A stretch of 64,000 bases of DNA. It comes from an uncultured Candidatus Sumerlaeota bacterium. GTDB lineage: Bacteria > Sumerlaeota > Sumerlaeia > SLMS01 > CAYUNT01. The notes under the pieces are model-generated. The model was not told where the DNA came from. It saw only the letters and a list, made by a program, of their open reading frames with translations, and searched no databases. The position numbers were made by a program, and so were the translations under genes. This document shows, piece after piece, positions 59,228-64,000 of the stretch; the stretch's first letter is position 1, and each line of letters opens with the position of its first letter. The stretch spans positions 8 through 64,007 of the forward strand of contig CAYUNT010000003.1 of NCBI GenBank assembly GCA_964446285.1. Reading direction: 5' to 3'.

Positions 59228-59367
59228 CGAGTTTCCTGCCGGATAAAAGCAAACGGCTGGCGCAATCCTGATTGGATGGAATGAATTGCGCCAGCCGCAA
59301 TGATCTTGGCTGGGTTATTTGAAAGAGAAGCGAGATTGCCTCGCGCCCGCTGCGCGAAATCAGGAGC

Positions 59368-59790
59368 CTATTCCTTCTTAGCTTCCTTGGAATCGTCCTT
59401 TTTTACTTCTTTCTGTTCTTCTTTTTTCATTTCCGGCTTTGCTTCGGCCGTAGATTCCTCTTTCGCAGGTTCGACCTTGGCTGGGGCGGCTTCCGAAGTG
59501 CGTCCCGGTTTGCCATTGCCGTGGACATACTCAAAATAAACATCGCTGGCGCCAGCTTCGTGTCCGCAAAGCACATCCAGCTTCGGCTGGGATACCACAT
59601 AGTGGATCGGGCGCATGACGACATATTCCAGCGCCATGCCGACGGGATGCACAATATAAGCCACGATCCGCAGGGGATGATCCGTGGAAGTGCCGCGTCT
59701 GTAGTCATGCGCGCGCGCCTGGGGAGCAAACGCGCAGAACGCAACTGCCAGAAGGAGAATTCCTATCGCCGCGAACGTTTTGTTTTTCAT
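59368..59790 (-). CDS. Small secreted hypothetical protein with Lys/Glu-rich tail
   Basis: Signal peptide (AxA), HPLRIVAY..HPVG..LEY...RP core, RBS AGGAG. Confidence 0.7.
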   Translation of the reverse strand: MKNKTFAAIGILLLAVAFCAFAPQARAHDYRRGTSTDHPLRIVAYIVHPVGMALEYVVMRPIHYVVSQPKLDVLCGHEAGASDVYFEYVHGNGKPGRTSEAAPAKVEPAKEESTAEAKPEMKKEEQKEVKKDDSKEAKKE

Positions 59791-59855
59791 TGTGCCTGCT
59801 CCTAAAAAATCAAATCGGGGTTAGCTTCAACATGAGCCGCATTGGGAGTCAACGC

Positions 59856-61040
59856 CTAATTCTTGCGCGGCGGCTGGGCGACCGGCGGCGGGAAGAAGGG
59901 AATGCGCAGCGCGCGTTCGCGTTCAGCCACCCATTGCGCGCTGCTTCCCAGCCCCGCGGCGCTTGCGGGCGGCCATTCGGCGGCTCGCGAAGGCTCTTCG
60001 GACAGATAGCGCGAATAGCAGCGCCCGGCCGATTCAGGATCGCCCTGGATTTCATATAACACGCCCAGCGCCGGAAGGGCCTGATGCGACTCAGGGGTAT
60101 CTGGATGCTGGCGCGTGAGGCGTTCGAACGACTCAGTCGCAATGCCCAGGCGCCGGGCTTCCAGGGCGCAACGGCCCCGGAGCAGCAACCACGACGCTCC
60201 GAGCGCGAGCGGCGGGGCGGATGGCTGAGGGGGCTGAGATGCCTCGGGCGCACGGGGGGAGGTCTTGGATGGGGCTTCCTGTCCTGCTTCTTTTTCCGCC
60301 GCCAGCATGGCATCGAGAGCGCGTGCGGATTGCCCGGCGTCCAGCCACAGCGCGGCGCGCGCCTCGGCGAAGGCCAGTTTCAGCCCTGGTTCGGCGGCAA
60401 GGCGCAGGAAGGGCGACATCCGCCCAATAAGGCGTTCGCCATCGGCCAGGCGTTTTTGCGCCCGCGCCCGCCCGGCGCGTTCGAGGATCAGGGTGCAAGC
60501 CTCGCGGGCCATAGCGGCGTCTGGCGCGCCGGAATCCGCCAGGCGCTGGAGGGCCACTTCCGCCTCGCGGTCGTCTGGGGCGATGGCGGCGAGCATCAAG
60601 AGGGCGCGCGCCGCCTCGGGATCGCCCGCCGGACGGCGCGATACCACATCACGCAAAATGGCGCGTGACTCTTCGGCGTTGCCGCGCTCGCGCGCCTGGG
60701 CGGCATCGAGCAAGAGCATTCGCGCCCCAGCGGCGCTGAGCGGACGGCTCGAACCGCTCGATGGCGATGCGGCGGCGGAAGAGGCAGGGTCTGCGGAGGC
60801 CGGCGGCATGGAAGCGCGATTTTCCTGCGGCGCGCCGGACGAAGGTGCCAGCAATGGCACGGCGCTCGTAAAAAGGTCGTCGATGGAAACGGCTGAAACT
60901 GCCTGCGTTCGCGCCGACGGAGTTTGGGCAGATTGATTTTGCCCCGCCGCCCATCCAAGGCTCTCCGGGGCCGCCAGCAGGCAGGCCAGCGCCGCGATCC
61001 ATATCATCCTTCTCATCATCTTCATCTTTGCCATACTCAT
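59856..61040 (-). CDS. Secreted TPR-like helical repeat protein
   Basis: Signal peptide; TPR-like segments (GRC.L..., F..L...HPDTP....AL..LG..Y). Confidence 0.65.
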   Translation of the reverse strand: MSMAKMKMMRRMIWIAALACLLAAPESLGWAAGQNQSAQTPSARTQAVSAVSIDDLFTSAVPLLAPSSGAPQENRASMPPASADPASSAAASPSSGSSRPLSAAGARMLLLDAAQARERGNAEESRAILRDVVSRRPAGDPEAARALLMLAAIAPDDREAEVALQRLADSGAPDAAMAREACTLILERAGRARAQKRLADGERLIGRMSPFLRLAAEPGLKLAFAEARAALWLDAGQSARALDAMLAAEKEAGQEAPSKTSPRAPEASQPPQPSAPPLALGASWLLLRGRCALEARRLGIATESFERLTRQHPDTPESHQALPALGVLYEIQGDPESAGRCYSRYLSEEPSRAAEWPPASAAGLGSSAQWVAERERALRIPFFPPPVAQPPRKN

Positions 61041-61052
61041 CCCCGCAACGCG

Positions 61053-61484
61053 TTATTGCCTTGGCTTGAGGTCATCGGGCGGCAGGCCGAGCATGGCGCG
61101 CCAGCCCGCGCAAAAATCGGCGATTTCCGGCGCGCGCCAGGAATAAGGAAAATCGCGGCATTGGCGCGGTTTGGCCTCGTGGGCGCGGCAGCGGAGACCG
61201 GCATCCAGGAAAATGCACGATTTGGCCGCGTCGCGCTGGTCTTTCAGAACGCGGTATCCGGCGTCGTCAAGGGTGGCGTATTCCTCAATGAACTGCGCCT
61301 CATCGAGTCCGAAAAACGCCGCCAGCCGCCGGATGTCTTCCGGATCGAGCCAGACATGGCCATCGCCCTGGCAGCAATGCCCGCACCCAAGGCAGGTGAA
61401 TCGCCTGCGGATTTCATCGCGCGAGGGAATCACGGGGGGCTTCGGAGAAGAAGATGCAGGCGGGGGAGAAGTTGTTTTTTGCAT
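61053..61484 (-). CDS. YkgJ-family cysteine-cluster protein
   Basis: F.CLGCGHCC, C.FLD, C.AHEAKP.QCRDFP motifs. Confidence 0.85.
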   Translation of the reverse strand: MQKTTSPPPASSSPKPPVIPSRDEIRRRFTCLGCGHCCQGDGHVWLDPEDIRRLAAFFGLDEAQFIEEYATLDDAGYRVLKDQRDAAKSCIFLDAGLRCRAHEAKPRQCRDFPYSWRAPEIADFCAGWRAMLGLPPDDLKPRQ

Positions 61485-61515
61485 AAGAGGGGCTGATGGG
61501 AAAAAGTATTTTCAG

Positions 61516-62727
61516 TCATCGGGCAGCGGCGGGGCGAAGCGGCGGGGGTTCCTGCTGCATCAATCTCATGCCCATTCGGATCGTGCGCGCCACGCGAATG
61601 GCTCCGATTTCCACGTCGAGCCACGACGCCTCGCCAAGGAATGCGCGCGAAACCTCACTGGCGCTGTGCCATGTGGTGAAAAGATGCCCGAGCATCCGGG
61701 GCGAGGCGTCGCGCTGGCTGCAGGCGATCAAGGCGCGCGTGGCGCTGGCATCTTTCCAGCTCGATGGCCAGACGCGGAATCCCTTTTGCTGGAAAAAGGC
61801 CACCGACGGGTAATCGCGCGCGAGGCCATAGTGCCAGTCGCACATAATAATGTCTTTTGGGATGAGGTCGATAGCGGGCGCGGTGCCGTTGTCCGAGGCT
61901 TCCCATTCGCTGTATCCCATCGCGCGCGCATCGAGCAGCCGGTCGCCCCACATCAGCATCGTCAGGCCGCGCTTCTCGACCAAGTGCTTGTGATAGTCGT
62001 TCACTGCGGCTGCGAAAATCTCCGCCGGATTTGCGCCCCGGCAGCGCGGGCATTGCTCGTTGGCGATCAGGAAGACTTCGTCCATGCCGGCGTGAAACGC
62101 ATCGGCCTGGAAGGCGTCGATCAGCTCGTCCATCAGGGCGAACACGACCTTGTTCACGCGTGGATGGCGCGGACACCAGCTGCGGCAATAAATGCCCGGA
62201 TTGTCGAGCGGGATGTTTGGGGTTTCGTCGAACTGGCGGTATTTCGTGAGGAGCGGGAAGGTGGACTTGGCCCACGACTGGTGTCCGAGGCAGTTGAACA
62301 TCGGGATGAGGCGGATATTGTGCGCGCGGCAAACGGCGGTGAGTTCGCGCGCGTCTTCGATGGTCAGCGGATCGCCGCCGCGCAGTTCCGGATGCGAGCG
62401 AAACTCGAATCCATAATTGACTTCATAGACGATCACATTGACGCCCATTGGGGCGAGTTGCTCCTCGATGGCGCGGCGGACGAATGGGAGTCCGGTATGG
62501 CCTGGCGAAAGAAAATGCACGCCAAGCCAGGGCGGTGGTGTGGTGGCCTGATCGCTGGCGGCGGCGGTTGGAGCGGGCGGCGCGGGACGGAGCGCGCTTC
62601 CCTGTGTCCACGAGGCGCAACCCGCCAGAAACGCGATGGGGAGAAATAGCAGAAGAGCGTAAAAAGAGTGCGGCAATCCACTCCCTGTTCGCTGACGATT
62701 TGGGCGCGAAGGAAATTCTTTGTTCAT
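61516..62727 (-). CDS. GH20-like glycoside hydrolase (N-acetylhexosaminidase-like lipoprotein)
   Basis: Lipobox FLAGC; IPMFNCLGH, FHAGMDE (catalytic DE pair), MWGDRL, DWHY motifs. Start trimmed from the track ORF. Confidence 0.78.
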   Translation of the reverse strand: MNKEFPSRPNRQRTGSGLPHSFYALLLFLPIAFLAGCASWTQGSALRPAPPAPTAAASDQATTPPPWLGVHFLSPGHTGLPFVRRAIEEQLAPMGVNVIVYEVNYGFEFRSHPELRGGDPLTIEDARELTAVCRAHNIRLIPMFNCLGHQSWAKSTFPLLTKYRQFDETPNIPLDNPGIYCRSWCPRHPRVNKVVFALMDELIDAFQADAFHAGMDEVFLIANEQCPRCRGANPAEIFAAAVNDYHKHLVEKRGLTMLMWGDRLLDARAMGYSEWEASDNGTAPAIDLIPKDIIMCDWHYGLARDYPSVAFFQQKGFRVWPSSWKDASATRALIACSQRDASPRMLGHLFTTWHSASEVSRAFLGEASWLDVEIGAIRVARTIRMGMRLMQQEPPPLRPAAAR

Positions 62728-62885
62728 GCGATTGTCCAACTTTTCACGTGCGCTTGCGGACACGGCCATCCGTGGAAAAGGAATTTGCCGGTCGCGCGAC
62801 CCGGCGCTCAAGGCGAAAACGTGCCGGGCCGTTTGGGGGGAGGAGCGTCTGCATAGGTGCGGATCGCAATACAATTGGTTTTGTT

Positions 62886-63968
62886 TCAGCGTCTTGGCGG
62901 ACCGGAACGGCGCTGGGAATTCGATTCGCGTGGCATGAGCGCGCGCCGGGGCTGCGCACGGCTCGCCTGGCGCTGTTCGTATTCGGCCCAGATGTCGAGC
63001 GTGCGCACGCCGGGCGGCTCGTCGGATGCTTGCCGGACCGCATTGCCCGCCCAAACGGAAGGGGGCGATGGAACTCCCGGGCGCGAACGCCGCCAGGGAC
63101 GCCGGGGATCCGGTTCTTCCACTCCGCAGAGTGTGCGCAGGTCCTCGGCCAGTTCGCATAGCGGCGCGAGCGAAATAAGCCAGGCCGCGGCGATCGTGCC
63201 CCCGATGCGCACGACCGGTTTCAGGGGGCCTACGCTCAATGTCGGCTCGCCAATCAATGCCATAAAGGCGAGCATCACCACCTCCATGAGCGATTGAACA
63301 ATCTGGCCAATTCCAACCAGGCCCAGAGGCGTTAGAAGTAAAAACCCAATCACTCCAAAGGAAAAAACACGGACGGCCATTTTATGATGCGCGGCGCGGC
63401 TGAACCCGAACACAACGCCAAGCGCCGCCAGCAGGAACCCATTCAGCAGCATTTCGAGAGGCGTGATGTTCCACACGGCCGCGAGCAGATCGCTCAATTC
63501 CCACTGCGACGAAAACATCGAGGGCAAGTCCGGCGATCCTCCCCAACCCCAGACCAGCACAGCCGGCAAAAGGAGAAGCGCCAGGGCCGCGAAGGGAAGC
63601 AGCGTCCCGAGGAGTTTGCCGGACAAGATGTCCAGATTGGATAGATGGCTCATGAGGAGCGGCTCGAGCGTGCGGTGCTCGCGTTCGTTTTGCAGTGTCC
63701 GCGCCCCCGCCACAAATCCAAGCAGCGCGAGAACTGGCATGGAAAAAAATAAAATGAACCTCAGGAGACTGCGGGCGGGAAAGGCTCCGGCAATTCCGCC
63801 GCCGCCGATGCGCTGGAAAAGTTCCGCGCAGATAAAAATAGAATAAAACGCAGCCAGAAATACAATGCCCGGCGTGAACCAAGACTTCCACCACCGCACA
63901 CGCAGGCGGCGCCAGGCTTGCGCCAGGATCGGATTGTCGCGCCGGGATCGAATCAGCGATATCCACAT
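62886..63968 (-). CDS. ABC-2 type transporter permease subunit
   Basis: NPIL...R, ERE.RTLE.LL.S.LS..DI..GKL motif; multiple TM helices. Confidence 0.8.
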   Translation of the reverse strand: MWISLIRSRRDNPILAQAWRRLRVRWWKSWFTPGIVFLAAFYSIFICAELFQRIGGGGIAGAFPARSLLRFILFFSMPVLALLGFVAGARTLQNEREHRTLEPLLMSHLSNLDILSGKLLGTLLPFAALALLLLPAVLVWGWGGSPDLPSMFSSQWELSDLLAAVWNITPLEMLLNGFLLAALGVVFGFSRAAHHKMAVRVFSFGVIGFLLLTPLGLVGIGQIVQSLMEVVMLAFMALIGEPTLSVGPLKPVVRIGGTIAAAWLISLAPLCELAEDLRTLCGVEEPDPRRPWRRSRPGVPSPPSVWAGNAVRQASDEPPGVRTLDIWAEYEQRQASRAQPRRALMPRESNSQRRSGPPRR

Positions 63969-64000
63969 AATGCTAGAAATGCAGCGGGGAGAGGCAGTGA

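Noticed and set aside
62728-63159. N-terminal extension of ORF 61516..63159
   Set aside because: Overlaps the ABC permease gene and lies upstream of a clear lipoprotein signal.
1-64000. tRNA, rRNA, tmRNA, integrase or transposase genes
   Set aside because: No cloverleaf/TTCGA T-loop with acceptor stem, rRNA signature, or recombinase/DDE ORF recognised by eye; tRNAscan-SE and Rfam were not run.

Overview
High-GC bacterial chromosomal window with about 40 CDS, mostly housekeeping or envelope genes: folP, DAHP synthase, uvrA, acpS, hisF, ndk, hypD, tolB, nrdJ, suhB, a PpiD/SurA-like chaperone, fusA, argC and several glycosyltransferases. It also encodes secreted GH18-, GH16- and GH20-like glycoside hydrolases. 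The gene style would fit a chitinolytic lineage such as Ca. Sumerlaeota/BRC1 (inference only). No rRNA, tRNA, CRISPR array, integrase or transposase was seen. Most notable: (1) an AT-rich two-gene insert (about 40780-43450) encoding a sigma54-activator-type AAA+ ATPase lacking the GAFTGA loop plus an Abi-alpha/wHTH-like protein, a candidate defence or regulatory module; (2) a small membrane protein ending C-P-T-TGA with a downstream hairpin (candidate CxxU selenoprotein), ahead of a membrane polyferredoxin and an isolated PduS/PduT-like pair; (3) six DnaA-box-like 9-mers at exact 11-bp phasing plus tandem NrdR boxes between tolB and nrdJ (candidate oriC); (4) a 103-bp MITE in two copies, each with terminal inverted repeats and a 10-bp target-site duplication; (5) several REP-like and 7/8/9-mer repeat families, including a polar composite element; (6) an uncharacterised SpoIVB(S55) protease + beta-propeller/FN3 pair. 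All calls were made by eye without database searches; many start codons were moved from the ORF track using RBS evidence or domain boundaries.
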